A stretch of DNA of 25,768 nt from assembly GCA_041178085.1 (NCBI GenBank), contig JBEGVZ010000096.1:1-25768 (forward strand), in the 5' to 3' direction. The position numbers were made by a program, and so were the translations under genes. How positions within the stretch are numbered: position 1 is the stretch's first letter; each line of letters starts with the position of its first letter. This stretch comes from Pseudomonadota bacterium. GTDB taxonomy: Bacteria; Bdellovibrionota_B; Oligoflexia; Oligoflexales; RGVZ01. Of the stretch, positions 7,344 to 16,764 are shown piece by piece. The notes under the pieces were generated by a model that did no database searches, was not told where the DNA came from, and saw only the letters and a list, made by a program, of their open reading frames with translations.

Positions 7344-9311
7344 ATGAAAAATCCCCAGAAGCAAAACCAGCAGATGCGCACGGTCCTCGTGCTCGCGAGT
7401 CTTCTATTCCTGTTCCTCTTGTTCCAGTTCTTCGCGCCCCGGCCAGATGAGCAAAAAGTCCTCAAATTTTCCGAGTTCATGGAAGCCGTTCAGCTTTCCG
7501 CGGAAGACCAGAACCGCGTGAAGGAAGCGACCTTCCGTGAAAATCAAATCATCGCCACGCGCAACGATAACTCCACGTTCCGCACTTACGGACCAAATGA
7601 CTCCGACTTGCGCAAGCAACTCCAAGACAAAGGCATCAAGGTCAACTTCGAGCCGCCTGAAGAGGCCAGTCTTTGGAAGACCCTTTTGATCAACATGCTG
7701 CCGATGTTGCTTCTGCTGCTCTTGGTCGTCTTCTTCATCCGCCAGCTTCAAGTCGGCGGCGGAAAGGCCATGTCATTTGGCAGAAGCCGCGCCAAACTTC
7801 TGAACGAAAATCAGGTGAAGATCACATTCGCAGACGTTGCCGGCATTGATGAGGCCAAGGGCGAACTCGAGGAAGTCGTTGAATTTTTGAAGGATCCGAA
7901 AAAATTCACGCGGCTTGGCGGGCGCATCCCCAAAGGTGTGCTCCTGATCGGCTCTCCTGGTACCGGTAAGACCATCATGGCCAAGGCCATTGCCGGAGAA
8001 GCAGGAGTTCCCTTCTTCAGTATCTCGGGTTCAGACTTCGTCGAAATGTTTGTCGGTGTCGGTGCAAGCCGTGTTCGCGACCTGTTTGAGCAGGCGAAAA
8101 AACATGCCCCTTGCATTGTATTCATCGATGAGATCGATGCGGTCGGGCGCCAGCGCGGCGCTGGTCTGGGCGGCGGCCATGATGAACGCGAGCAGACACT
8201 GAACCAACTCCTTGTCGAGATGGACGGCTTCGAGGCGAACGAGGGCGTCATCATCATCGCCGCAACCAACCGTCCCGACGTCCTGGACCCGGCGCTGCTT
8301 CGCCCAGGTCGTTTTGACCGCAGGGTCGTGGTGCCCAAGCCAGATGTCCGCGGCCGTGAGGGAATCCTCAAGGTTCATACGCGCAAGGTTCCGATCGCGG
8401 GTGATGTGGCCCTCAATAAAATCGCCCAGGGCACGCCGGGATTCTCCGGGGCGGACCTGGAGAACCTGGTCAATGAGGCGGCTTTGATCGCCGCACGCGC
8501 CAACAGCAAGGAAGTGAACATGAATCACTTCGAACTGGCGAAGGATAAAGTATTGATGGGCCCGGAGCGTCGCTCCCTGATCATGAGCGAAGCCGAAAAG
8601 CGCAATACGGCGTATCACGAGGCAGGGCACGCGATCGTCGGCATGCTGGTCGGGAACGTCGATCCGGTCCACAAAATCAGCATCATCCCGCGCGGCCAGG
8701 CGCTTGGTGTTACTGTCATGCTTCCGACCGAGGACCGCCTGACTCTGACCAAAGAATACGCTGAAGGCATGATCGCATATGCAATGGGAGGCCGTGCTGC
8801 AGAGGAACTGATCTTCCACAAGCAAACCACCGGTGCTGGCGATGACATCAACAAGGCGACGGAAATTGCACGAAAGATGGTCTGCAACTGGGGCATGAGC
8901 GATAAACTCGGACCACTGGCACTTGGCAAGAAAAACGAAGAGGTCTTCCTTGGCCGTGAGATGGGTCAGATGCGGAACTTCTCTGAGAAAGTTGCCGAGG
9001 AGATTGATGCGGAGATTCACCGCATTGTCACGGGCGCCTACAAGAAGGCCCTGAACATCCTCCGCGACCACCGCGACAAGCTTGAAACCCTTGCCGAGGT
9101 ACTTCTGATCAAAGAGACCGTCGAGTCCACGGACATGGAAAAAATCATGCGCGGTGAAAAACTCCTGACCGAGGAAGACCGCCGTAGTTACGAAGAAGCA
9201 CGCCTGCGCGAATCGAACCCTGACGCTGCCGGAAAAGGTGATCCTGCAACCGGCGAAGGGACAAGCCCAGGACAGACCGGCGTCATGCGCCCGGCAACGT
9301 CTGCGACCTGA
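7344..9311 (+). CDS. ftsH: ATP-dependent zinc metalloprotease FtsH
   Basis: Two TM segments, Walker A GSPGTGKT, Walker [31 protein letters not shown] and HEAGH. RBS GGAGG at 7333-7337. Confidence 0.99.
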   Translation: MKNPQKQNQQMRTVLVLASLLFLFLLFQFFAPRPDEQKVLKFSEFMEAVQLSAEDQNRVKEATFRENQIIATRNDNSTFRTYGPNDSDLRKQLQDKGIKVNFEPPEEASLWKTLLINMLPMLLLLLLVVFFIRQLQVGGGKAMSFGRSRAKLLNENQVKITFADVAGIDEAKGELEEVVEFLKDPKKFTRLGGRIPKGVLLIGSPGTGKTIMAKAIAGEAGVPFFSISGSDFVEMFVGVGASRVRDLFEQAKKHAPCIVFIDEIDAVGRQRGAGLGGGHDEREQTLNQLLVEMDGFEANEGVIIIAATNRPDVLDPALLRPGRFDRRVVVPKPDVRGREGILKVHTRKVPIAGDVALNKIAQGTPGFSGADLENLVNEAALIAARANSKEVNMNHFELAKDKVLMGPERRSLIMSEAEKRNTAYHEAGHAIVGMLVGNVDPVHKISIIPRGQALGVTVMLPTEDRLTLTKEYAEGMIAYAMGGRAAEELIFHKQTTGAGDDINKATEIARKMVCNWGMSDKLGPLALGKKNEEVFLGREMGQMRNFSEKVAEEIDAEIHRIVTGAYKKALNILRDHRDKLETLAEVLLIKETVESTDMEKIMRGEKLLTEEDRRSYEEARLRESNPDAAGKGDPATGEGTSPGQTGVMRPATSAT

Positions 9312-10111
9312 TGGATGCGCTACGGATCATGGGTGTCCTGAACGTGACACCCGATTCGTTTTCCGATGGCGGGAAATATGACGCCCCGGACAAGGCCCTG
9401 GAATGGGCGCTTCGTTTGCAAATGGATGGTGCCGACTTGATCGATGTCGGCGGTGAGTCAACCAGGCCAGGCGCCGCTGAGGTGCCGCTTGCGGAAGAGC
9501 TGGAACGGGTCATGCCAGTCGTGAAGCGCCTGCTGCAGAAGATCCCCGGTCACCAGCTTAGTGTCGATTCTCGCAAGGATGTGGTGTTCGAACGAGTGCT
9601 CACTGAAGGCGTACGCTTCTTCAACCGGGTCGGGAACCCACCAGAGGCGAGTCTCCTTCAGGAAATCGCGACCGCCGGCGGATCCGTCGCTGTGACCCAT
9701 ATTCACGGCACTCCGGCGGACATGCAGCAGGCCCCACTTGGGCCCGGTGAAGCCGTCCGCGCAGTCGAATCATTCTTTGATACCGCCGCGCGGAAGTTTG
9801 AAAAAGCGGGCCTTCATCCGGGAAGTTACTGGCTTGACCCAGGTATCGGCTTTGGCAAGACGGTCGCGGCAAACTTGGAGCTTCTGGGCCAAATCAAGGG
9901 TTGGAGCCAAAGGTGGCCGCTCATGGTTGGAGTATCGAGGAAGGGTTTCATCGGCAGGATTTTCGGGATTGATCAGCCGGTTGAGCGGGACGGTCCCGGA
10001 AAAGTGATTGAGTGGATGTGTGCCGTATCCGGCGCAGGCCTGATCCGGACGCACGACGTGCGCGGACTGGCCGCCCTCCGCGACACCACGAAAACGGCAA
10101 CGACAGGTTGA
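9311..10111 (+). CDS. folP: Dihydropteroate synthase
   Basis: Motifs MGVLNVTPDSFSDGG, DVGGESTRPG, DPGIGFGK, GVSRK and IRTHDV. TGATG overlap with ftsH. Confidence 0.97.
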   Translation: MDALRIMGVLNVTPDSFSDGGKYDAPDKALEWALRLQMDGADLIDVGGESTRPGAAEVPLAEELERVMPVVKRLLQKIPGHQLSVDSRKDVVFERVLTEGVRFFNRVGNPPEASLLQEIATAGGSVAVTHIHGTPADMQQAPLGPGEAVRAVESFFDTAARKFEKAGLHPGSYWLDPGIGFGKTVAANLELLGQIKGWSQRWPLMVGVSRKGFIGRIFGIDQPVERDGPGKVIEWMCAVSGAGLIRTHDVRGLAALRDTTKTATTG

Positions 10112-10115
10112 GTTG

Positions 10116-10922
10116 ATGCGCGAGATCCTTGACCAATTCAGCATCTGGGCGATCGTCGACATCACGATTGTCGCGTTCGTAATTTACCAGGCCTTGCTGC
10201 TGATCCGCGGAACCCGCGCGGCGCAGATGCTGATCGGCATCCTCTTCGTCGGGGTTGCCTTCCTGATCTCGACAATTGTGCCACTGACCACCCTGAACTG
10301 GGTGATGAACAAGTTCTACTCCAGTTTCATCATCATCCTGATCATCATCTTCCAGGATGACATTCGCCACGTCCTTTCCCGGATGGGCAAGAAGTCCTTC
10401 ATCCCGGGTGCCGACCGCGTAGCCTCACACCATGTTCTTGATGAGATTGTCCGCGCCGCTACGTCGATGGCGAGTAAGCGCGTCGGCGGGCTGATTGTGA
10501 TCGAGCGCAACATCATCCTTGGCCGCTATGTCGACGTCGGCATCTTGATTGATGGGCGGATTTCCAAAGAACTCCTCGTGTCGATATTCCATCCTTCCTC
10601 ACCAATCCACGATGGCGCAGTCATCATCCAGCGCGGACGTGTCGCTGCGGCCGGCTGCTTCCTTCCCCTCACCCGGGAGGAAAACCTGGACCCGAACATG
10701 GGCACTCGCCACCGCGCCGGAATCGGCATCAGCCAGGAGACCGATGCCGTGGTCGTACTGGTGTCTGAAGAAGTCGGAGCCGTGGCGCTGATTGTTGATG
10801 GCAAGGTTTCACGCAAACTCGATGCGCGTCAGCTGCGTGAGCAGCTTAATGACCTGCTCATGGGGGATGAAGAGTTTTCGCCAAAACGTCCGCAGCCTGA
10901 AGCCGGGGAGGGGACGCCGTGA
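10116..10922 (+). CDS. cdaA: Membrane-bound diadenylate cyclase CdaA/DacA
   Basis: Three N-terminal hydrophobic segments and DAC motifs HDGA, GTRHRA and VSEE. Followed by YbbR and glmM. Confidence 0.96.
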   Translation: MREILDQFSIWAIVDITIVAFVIYQALLLIRGTRAAQMLIGILFVGVAFLISTIVPLTTLNWVMNKFYSSFIIILIIIFQDDIRHVLSRMGKKSFIPGADRVASHHVLDEIVRAATSMASKRVGGLIVIERNIILGRYVDVGILIDGRISKELLVSIFHPSSPIHDGAVIIQRGRVAAAGCFLPLTREENLDPNMGTRHRAGIGISQETDAVVVLVSEEVGAVALIVDGKVSRKLDARQLREQLNDLLMGDEEFSPKRPQPEAGEGTP

Positions 10923-11857
10923 AAAACAGGGTCCGCGGCTGGCTCTTCGACAACCTGCCGTACAAGTTGACCGCAGTCTTCATATCCTGTGCACTCTGGT
11001 ACATCGTCCAGGGTGATGAGATCCTTGAAGTGAACAAACGCATCGCTGTCACCATTGTGGTCCCGGATGGGTACACCATGAAAGGGCCGACCCTGCGTTA
11101 CAAGGACGCAACCTTGCGCGGACCAAGGGCCCTTCTTGGCCAATATATGGAGGCTAAAAAACCGCTTGAAGCCTCGATCAAGATCCCGCCCGGAAAGTCC
11201 GGACAATTGCGTTACCGCGTTGATCGCGAGAACCTCAACTCTTTCGATAGCCGCATCAAGTTGACCATCCACGACCCCTACATCGTCGCCAGTGTCGACG
11301 AGATCAGCAGCCGCAAGGTGCCGGTCAGGGAGATCATCCAGGGAGCACCCGGTGCTGGTTACATGGTCGAAAAGGTAGTCATCGAACCATCGGAGATAGG
11401 CATCAGTGGCCAGAAGGCCGACCTGGCGCGGATCACACAAGTATCGACAGAACAGGTCAACATCGCTGGGCTGAAGCAACCCAAGGTTTTTGAAGTCAAC
11501 CTGGTCAAGGCAGGGCTCGGTGAAGTTCAGCTGTCGGTCAATCGTGTGCAGGTGAAAGTCGCCATCGGGGAGCAGAAGGTGAACAAGCGGTTCACGGCTA
11601 TTCCCGTTGAGGCCGTGGGGAGCGACTATCTGACCAACGTCAGGCCCCAGTTTGCCACCATCATCCTTCAAGCGACCCCGGGCGTTCTGAGCTTTATCAA
11701 GAAGACCGACCTTCGTGCCTTCGTGGACGTGCGGGACCTTACTCCAGGCAGGTACGATCGCGAATTGCAGGTAAAGATACCGGCAGAGACGGTCATGATC
11801 GAGACCGTTCCAAAACGCACTTCTGTTGAGATTTACAACCAGAGGCGCTTGCGCTAA
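10919..11857 (+). CDS. cdaR: CdaR/YbbR-domain regulator of CdaA
   Basis: N-terminal anchor (NLPYKLTAVFISCALWYIV) and repeated YbbR-like units (LRGPRALL; GAPGAGY...EPSEIGISGQ; AFVDVRDLTPGRY). GTGA overlap with cdaA. Confidence 0.9.
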   Translation: MKNRVRGWLFDNLPYKLTAVFISCALWYIVQGDEILEVNKRIAVTIVVPDGYTMKGPTLRYKDATLRGPRALLGQYMEAKKPLEASIKIPPGKSGQLRYRVDRENLNSFDSRIKLTIHDPYIVASVDEISSRKVPVREIIQGAPGAGYMVEKVVIEPSEIGISGQKADLARITQVSTEQVNIAGLKQPKVFEVNLVKAGLGEVQLSVNRVQVKVAIGEQKVNKRFTAIPVEAVGSDYLTNVRPQFATIILQATPGVLSFIKKTDLRAFVDVRDLTPGRYDRELQVKIPAETVMIETVPKRTSVEIYNQRRLR

Positions 11858-11893
11858 GACCGGGCTTTGGCTCCGTCGCAGCAGGGGAGTTGC

Positions 11894-13285
11894 ATGGCCA
11901 GACTATTTGGAACCGATGGAATCCGGGGTGAGGCAAACACTTACCCGATGTCTCCTGACCTGGTGCTCCGCCTTGGCCAGGCGATCGGCGTATACTTCCG
12001 CACCAAGATGGCTCACCCGAGAATTCTTATCGGCAAGGACACCCGCCGAAGCGGCTACATGCTGGAGCAGGCGCTTTGCTCCGGCATTTGCAGCGTGGGT
12101 GTCGATGCTTTTTTCCTGGGGCCATTGCCCACGCCTGGCATCGCCTATCTTACGCGCGGCCTGCGGGCTTGCGCCGGAATCGTTATCTCTGCTTCGCACA
12201 ACCCGTTTCACGATAACGGTATCAAGATATTCAGCGGTAACGGTTACAAGCTACCGGATGAGGATGAAGACAAGCTTGAAGCGCTGCTCAAGAGCGACGA
12301 CCTGGAAAACCATGCTGTGCATGGAGCCGATATTGGCACGGCACGACGGATCGACGACGCCATCGGGCAGTACGCAGTCTTTCTGAAAGAGCAATTTCCC
12401 AAGCAACTTGCCCTTGACGGCCTGCGCCTTGTGATCGACTGCGCCAACGGGGCTTCCTACCGGGTCGCGCCCAAGGTGTTTTCGGAACTTGGCGCCGAAG
12501 TCTTCATGCTTGGTGTCGACCCCAATGGTGTCAACATCAACGAACACTGCGGCGCACTTCACCCGCAGCAACTGCGCGAAAAAGTCATGCTCTACAAGGC
12601 GGACCTTGGCATTGCGCTCGACGGCGACGCCGACCGTCTGGTTGTGGTCGACGACAAGGGCGACATCGTGGATGGCGACGAGATCCTTGCCATCTGTGGT
12701 CTGCACATGCTGAAAAAAAATCGCCTGCGCAACAAGGCGCTCGTCTCGACCATCATGAGCAACATGGGGCTTGAAATCGCGCTTGCGCGCCACGGCGGCA
12801 AGGTCATTCGCACCAAAGTTGGTGACCGGTATGTGATGGAAGCGATGATCAATGGCGACTACAACCTTGGCGGGGAGCAGTCGGGTCATCTGATTTTCCG
12901 TGACTGCGCCACCACAGGCGACGGCTTGCTTGCTGCACTACACGTCCTTGAGATCATGGTTGAAAGTGGCAAGAAGGTTTCTGAACTTCGTCACTGCATG
13001 GAACGCGTCCCGCAGGTACTGCGCAATATCCGCGTTAAAAACAAGGTCCCGCTGGAGCAACTGAAAGACTTCTCGGAATTCGTCAAAAAATGTGAAGCCC
13101 GCCTTGCCGGCAAGGGTCGCGTACTGGTCCGTTACTCAGGCACTGAAAACCTTGCCCGTATCATGGTCGAAGGCGAAGACGACGACTTGATCGACACGAT
13201 GGTTGACGAGCTCGCCGACCAGCTGCAGAAGTCGATCTCCACGCATGAAGGAAAAGCTCCCGCAACCGTGGAGAAGAAATCTTGA
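11894..13285 (+). CDS. glmM: Phosphoglucosamine mutase
   Basis: Motifs LFGTDGIRG, GIVISASHNP, DGDADR, GGEQSGH and VRYSGTE. ATG at 11894 follows GGGGAG. Confidence 0.98.
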   Translation: MARLFGTDGIRGEANTYPMSPDLVLRLGQAIGVYFRTKMAHPRILIGKDTRRSGYMLEQALCSGICSVGVDAFFLGPLPTPGIAYLTRGLRACAGIVISASHNPFHDNGIKIFSGNGYKLPDEDEDKLEALLKSDDLENHAVHGADIGTARRIDDAIGQYAVFLKEQFPKQLALDGLRLVIDCANGASYRVAPKVFSELGAEVFMLGVDPNGVNINEHCGALHPQQLREKVMLYKADLGIALDGDADRLVVVDDKGDIVDGDEILAICGLHMLKKNRLRNKALVSTIMSNMGLEIALARHGGKVIRTKVGDRYVMEAMINGDYNLGGEQSGHLIFRDCATTGDGLLAALHVLEIMVESGKKVSELRHCMERVPQVLRNIRVKNKVPLEQLKDFSEFVKKCEARLAGKGRVLVRYSGTENLARIMVEGEDDDLIDTMVDELADQLQKSISTHEGKAPATVEKKS

Positions 13286-14025
13286 TCCGCCTGGGGATCA
13301 ATATCGATCACGTGGCGACCGTGCGCCAGGCCCGGGGAGAACCCTACCCGGATCCAGTCCAGGCTGCTGTGCTGTGTGAACTGGGTGGCGCCGACAACAT
13401 CACTTGCCACCTTCGTGAAGACCGGCGCCATGTCCAGGACCGTGATGTCTACTCATTGAAGGACACCATCAAGGTCCCTCTTAACTTCGAGATGGCCGCG
13501 ACGGACGAGATGGTCGCCATTGCACTGAAAGTCAAACCGCACGCAGTTACACTGGTTCCAGAAAAACGCGCTGAACGGACTACCGAGGGCGGTCTTGATG
13601 TCGCGGGCAACCTTGAGACGCTCAAACCAAAGATCAAGACCCTGAATGGGGCGGGAATCCTGGTCAGCCTCTTCATCGAGCCAGAGGCAAAAGCCATTGA
13701 GCTCTCCCTTGCTTCCGGCGCCGGCGCGGTCGAGTTCCACACCGGAGGCTGGTGCCACCAGATGTCCGCCTGCCGCCGCACCAGGGAACAGTTCAAGCTG
13801 GTCGACCGTCTGGTCCAGGCCGCGGCCTTGGCGAATCAGATTGGCCTGCAAGCCCACTTTGGTCACGGTTTGAACTACACAAATGCAATGTGGCTCCAGC
13901 ATGTAGAGCATGCCGAGGAAGCCAACATTGGGCACGCTGTCATCTCCCGCGCTATTTTTACCGGCCTCAAGGAAGCGGTTGCGACCATGAAGGACTTGCT
14001 CAATGACCCCCGCCACCGCCCCTGA
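13282..14025 (+). CDS. pdxJ: Pyridoxine 5'-phosphate synthase
   Basis: Motifs LGINIDHVATVRQAR, HLREDRRH, TTEGGLD, GHGLNY and NIGH. TTGA overlap with glmM. Confidence 0.98.
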   Translation: MIRLGINIDHVATVRQARGEPYPDPVQAAVLCELGGADNITCHLREDRRHVQDRDVYSLKDTIKVPLNFEMAATDEMVAIALKVKPHAVTLVPEKRAERTTEGGLDVAGNLETLKPKIKTLNGAGILVSLFIEPEAKAIELSLASGAGAVEFHTGGWCHQMSACRRTREQFKLVDRLVQAAALANQIGLQAHFGHGLNYTNAMWLQHVEHAEEANIGHAVISRAIFTGLKEAVATMKDLLNDPRHRP

Positions 14026-14494
14026 TCAGGTCCTGGAGAGCGTCGCCGCTGAAGACGACCTGCCCAGGCTTGCCCGGGACATCGCTTCTGTGCTGCAACC
14101 GGCCGCTCAATCTAGGGGTTTCTGCCTTTGGCTGGTGGGCAGCGTTGGTGCCGGCAAGACCACCATTGCGGGGCACATACTGCATGCACTTGGACTTCCA
14201 GCCCGTGTGCCTGTCCTGTCGCCCACTTACACCTACCTTCAGGAGTACAAATTCCCGGATGGCCGGGTCTTTGCGCACATGGACCTTTACCGGGGGACTG
14301 CGATCGAAGCGCTCGAGGATGCCGGGATTTTTGCTGGAATTTCCGCATATTCCGGCGTTCTGATCGAGTGGCCGCCCCAGGGGAACACTGCTGCCAGTGC
14401 GGCAGCGGAAGGTTACGCACCGACGCACATCCTTGCCATTGAGCCCGTTGATGACGGCCAACGGCGCCGTTACCAATTATCGGTTGCACGTTAA
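14003..14494 (+). CDS. tsaE: t6A biosynthesis ATPase TsaE
   Basis: Motifs GSVGAGKTT, SPTYT, HMDLYR and LIEWP. Overlaps the pdxJ end by 23 nt, so the start is uncertain. Confidence 0.92.
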   Translation: MTPATAPDQVLESVAAEDDLPRLARDIASVLQPAAQSRGFCLWLVGSVGAGKTTIAGHILHALGLPARVPVLSPTYTYLQEYKFPDGRVFAHMDLYRGTAIEALEDAGIFAGISAYSGVLIEWPPQGNTAASAAAEGYAPTHILAIEPVDDGQRRRYQLSVAR

Positions 14495-14512
14495 CAGCCG
14501 CTTCGATATACA
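14484..14512 (+). promoter_or_regulatory. Candidate sigma-70 stable-RNA promoter for tRNA-Arg
   Basis: TTGCAC-N17-TATACA followed by a GC-rich discriminator (CGCGC), about 30 nt before the tRNA. Confidence 0.5.
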
Positions 14513-14513
14513 C

Positions 14514-14538
14514 GCGCTCTCGTCCAGAGAGTGCTTTT
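14514..14538 (+). terminator. Candidate intrinsic terminator of the ftsH...tsaE operon
   Basis: GCGCTCTC-GTCCA-GAGAGTGC (8 bp, one G-U pair) followed by TTTT, 19 nt after the tsaE stop. Confidence 0.45.
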
Positions 14539-14543
14539 AGCAC

Positions 14544-14620
14544 GCACCCGTAGCTCAGCTGGATAGAGCACCAGACTACGAATCTGGGGGTCGGAGGTTC
14601 GAATCCTTCCGGGTGCGCCA
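14544..14620 (+). tRNA. tRNA-Arg (anticodon ACG)
   Basis: 77-nt cloverleaf: acceptor GCACCCG/CGGGTGC, D-arm GCTCAGCTGGATAGAGC, anticodon arm CCAGA-CTACGAA-TCTGG, T-arm GGAGG-TTCGAAT-CCTTC, encoded CCA. Confidence 0.98.
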
Positions 14621-14641
14621 CTCATCCCAGGAGACAGCCAG

Positions 14642-15631
14642 ATGCTTCGAATCACTGGAAGCTTCCTTGCAGTTCTTTTGGTATTCGGCTGCGCTCAACT
14701 TCAAAAAGCTCGTAAGACCGACCGGGATCCAACCACTGGCACGAGACCGATCCAAACAGGGCCTGCTTTGCCTGGGCCGGTTACCGCTCAACAACCCCTG
14801 CCACCACTTGATAGCTGCGTAAAACCGGTTGAAGACAATTCGCGCATCAAGATCTCACCACGCGACGTCATTGTCGCAGTTGATTCATCCGGATCCCACC
14901 GGATCGCCCTCTCTGCGAAAGCAGAGACGCGACTCGCAGGGGGGCTGAATCCGGACCTCAAAGATAAAACCTTGAGATTTCTCGTGGCTGGTCAGATTGC
15001 GGGGGGCGCCACCACTAATGACAACGGGGTTGCAACCCTTACGGTGGATGTTCCTCTGACCCCGATGACCGTAACCTGCTACGAAGCGGAACATGAAGGC
15101 TTCCGCATGCCAGGGCGCATCTTTGCCCTGCCCAGCAATCAGTCTTTTTTTGTCTCGGATATCGACGAAGTGATCTCCGACTTGCCAGAGATCAGAGTCC
15201 CCATTACCTCCATACCGGACAGCCCTGTTGTCCCTCAGGCTCCGGAAACCTTGCGTGAATTGAGCAAGAGTTTTGTCATCGTCTACCTGACCGCCCGCGA
15301 CGACGCGCTTGCCAACAAGACGCGTTCCTGGCTGAAGTACCGCGACTTTCCGTCTGGTCCGCTCAAAATATGGAACTGGACGTCGACCAATGGCTTTGGC
15401 TCTTCGCAGGAACAGCAAGGTGCTTACAAGAGGGCTTTCTTGACTGAACTGAAAAAGACGTTCCCTCGTCTGGTGGCTGGGATTGGCAATCGAGTTCACG
15501 ATGCTACTGCCTATAAAGATGTCGGCCTGCTTCCGATCATCATCAATCCAAAAGACAGCAAGGCTTCGTTCCCGCAAGGGACGGTGTTTGTTGAATCCTG
15601 GAAAGATGTACTCCAGGTCGCGCGGCCGTGA
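14642..15631 (+). CDS. Lipoprotein with Ig-like + LNS2/lipin-like HAD phosphatase domain
   Basis: Lipobox VFG-C17 and a Pro-rich tether. HAD motifs FVSDIDEV (I), VYLTAR (II), AYK (III) and GIGNRVHD..AY (IV). RBS AGGAG at 14629-14633. Confidence 0.75.
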   Translation: MLRITGSFLAVLLVFGCAQLQKARKTDRDPTTGTRPIQTGPALPGPVTAQQPLPPLDSCVKPVEDNSRIKISPRDVIVAVDSSGSHRIALSAKAETRLAGGLNPDLKDKTLRFLVAGQIAGGATTNDNGVATLTVDVPLTPMTVTCYEAEHEGFRMPGRIFALPSNQSFFVSDIDEVISDLPEIRVPITSIPDSPVVPQAPETLRELSKSFVIVYLTARDDALANKTRSWLKYRDFPSGPLKIWNWTSTNGFGSSQEQQGAYKRAFLTELKKTFPRLVAGIGNRVHDATAYKDVGLLPIIINPKDSKASFPQGTVFVESWKDVLQVARP

Positions 15632-16722
15632 CCACGACGTTGGCCCGGGCAATCCTCGCCTCGTCTTTGTTGCTAAACACCGGAAACGCTAAAGGCTCTG
15701 ACTGGGTGACCGTCTATCAGTCGGCGGTGAACTCGGTTCCATACATACTTTCGGGCGGGTCTGTTTGTGCCGGCGCTTTGATCGAAAATAACCGGATTCT
15801 GACCGCGTGGCACTGTGTACATCTCATGCGCCCGATTCAAGTCGGGTGGCGCGGCAACCAATCGGGGCAAGAGCAGAGTGCGGAAGTTATCTTGAAGGAT
15901 TCCGCTAACGACATCGCCATCCTGAAGCTTGCATCACCGTCCTCAAAGCGCCTGCCTCTTGCATCGGGTGCGCATATCCCGGTGAAGACTGGCACACCCG
16001 TCGCGACCATTGGCCATCCCCTTGGCAGCGAACTTTACAGCTCCAGTAACGCCGATCTCGGGTTTGTCCTCTCCAGTGGCATCGTTGGCAAGGTCAATGC
16101 CAAAAACACAATTTTAGATATCTCCGTCAGTCCCGGAAACTCGGGCGGACCGGTCCTGACACAAGACGGCAAAATCTTGACTTTGATTTCTTCCAAGTAC
16201 TCCGGCTTCAGGGTCGGCAACCTGGTTACTGCTCCAGCACCGGAATTGGTGGCCTCCGCCATCGATAAATCGGCTTCCGTCAGCGAACCACTGGACTGGA
16301 CTGCGGCAAAAAACACCTGGCACTTCTACGTGCCAGTTGGCTGTCATTTGAACTTCACGGACGGAGCAAGCAAACACAGTTATTATTTCGACGAAATTCA
16401 GCTGGAATGGCGCGCCAGGGATCGTCTCGCCTTATCAATCTCCCAGGGTGGAAGTCGCCACCTTGAAACCACAGCCTTTCACCTGGGTGCAAGCATCCAT
16501 GTGGCCCAGCCAGATCGCCGGATTCCTCTGGAGGCTGGTGTATTCACCGGCTACCGAACTTTGAGAATCAATGATGCGATGGCTGAAACGGGCTTCTTTA
16601 CGGCCGGAGTAGAACTGTCTGCCTTCTATTCCGCCGTCCGCATACGTGCCGAACAATCTTTCGGCGCGAACAAATCTCTGCGCACCGTCATTGGGTCCGT
16701 CGATCTATTCAGTCTTTTTTAA
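15628..16722 (+). CDS. Secreted trypsin-like (S1) serine protease with a probable C-terminal outer-membrane beta-barrel
   Basis: Signal peptide, catalytic triad LTAWHC / NDIAILKL / PGNSGGP, and a C-terminal ~135 aa of amphipathic strands ending in Phe. GTGA overlap with the upstream gene. Confidence 0.85.
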   Translation: MTTTLARAILASSLLLNTGNAKGSDWVTVYQSAVNSVPYILSGGSVCAGALIENNRILTAWHCVHLMRPIQVGWRGNQSGQEQSAEVILKDSANDIAILKLASPSSKRLPLASGAHIPVKTGTPVATIGHPLGSELYSSSNADLGFVLSSGIVGKVNAKNTILDISVSPGNSGGPVLTQDGKILTLISSKYSGFRVGNLVTAPAPELVASAIDKSASVSEPLDWTAAKNTWHFYVPVGCHLNFTDGASKHSYYFDEIQLEWRARDRLALSISQGGSRHLETTAFHLGASIHVAQPDRRIPLEAGVFTGYRTLRINDAMAETGFFTAGVELSAFYSAVRIRAEQSFGANKSLRTVIGSVDLFSLF

Positions 16723-16764
16723 CGTCGCGAGCGAAACACGCCTGCTGCGAGGTCATGGGTTACT

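Noticed and set aside
8031..9071. 346-aa minus-strand ORF antisense to ftsH (and similar ORFs opposite cdaR, glmM and the HAD gene)
   Set aside because: Typical antisense shadows of biased genes in GC-rich DNA.
9311..10111. folP as a sul-type sulfonamide-resistance allele
   Set aside because: It has the normal DPGIGFGK motif and a chromosomal ftsH-folP context.
14529..14543. CIRCE-like half sites GAGTGCT / TTAGCAC
   Set aside because: The halves are in the wrong order and lack the 9-nt spacer.
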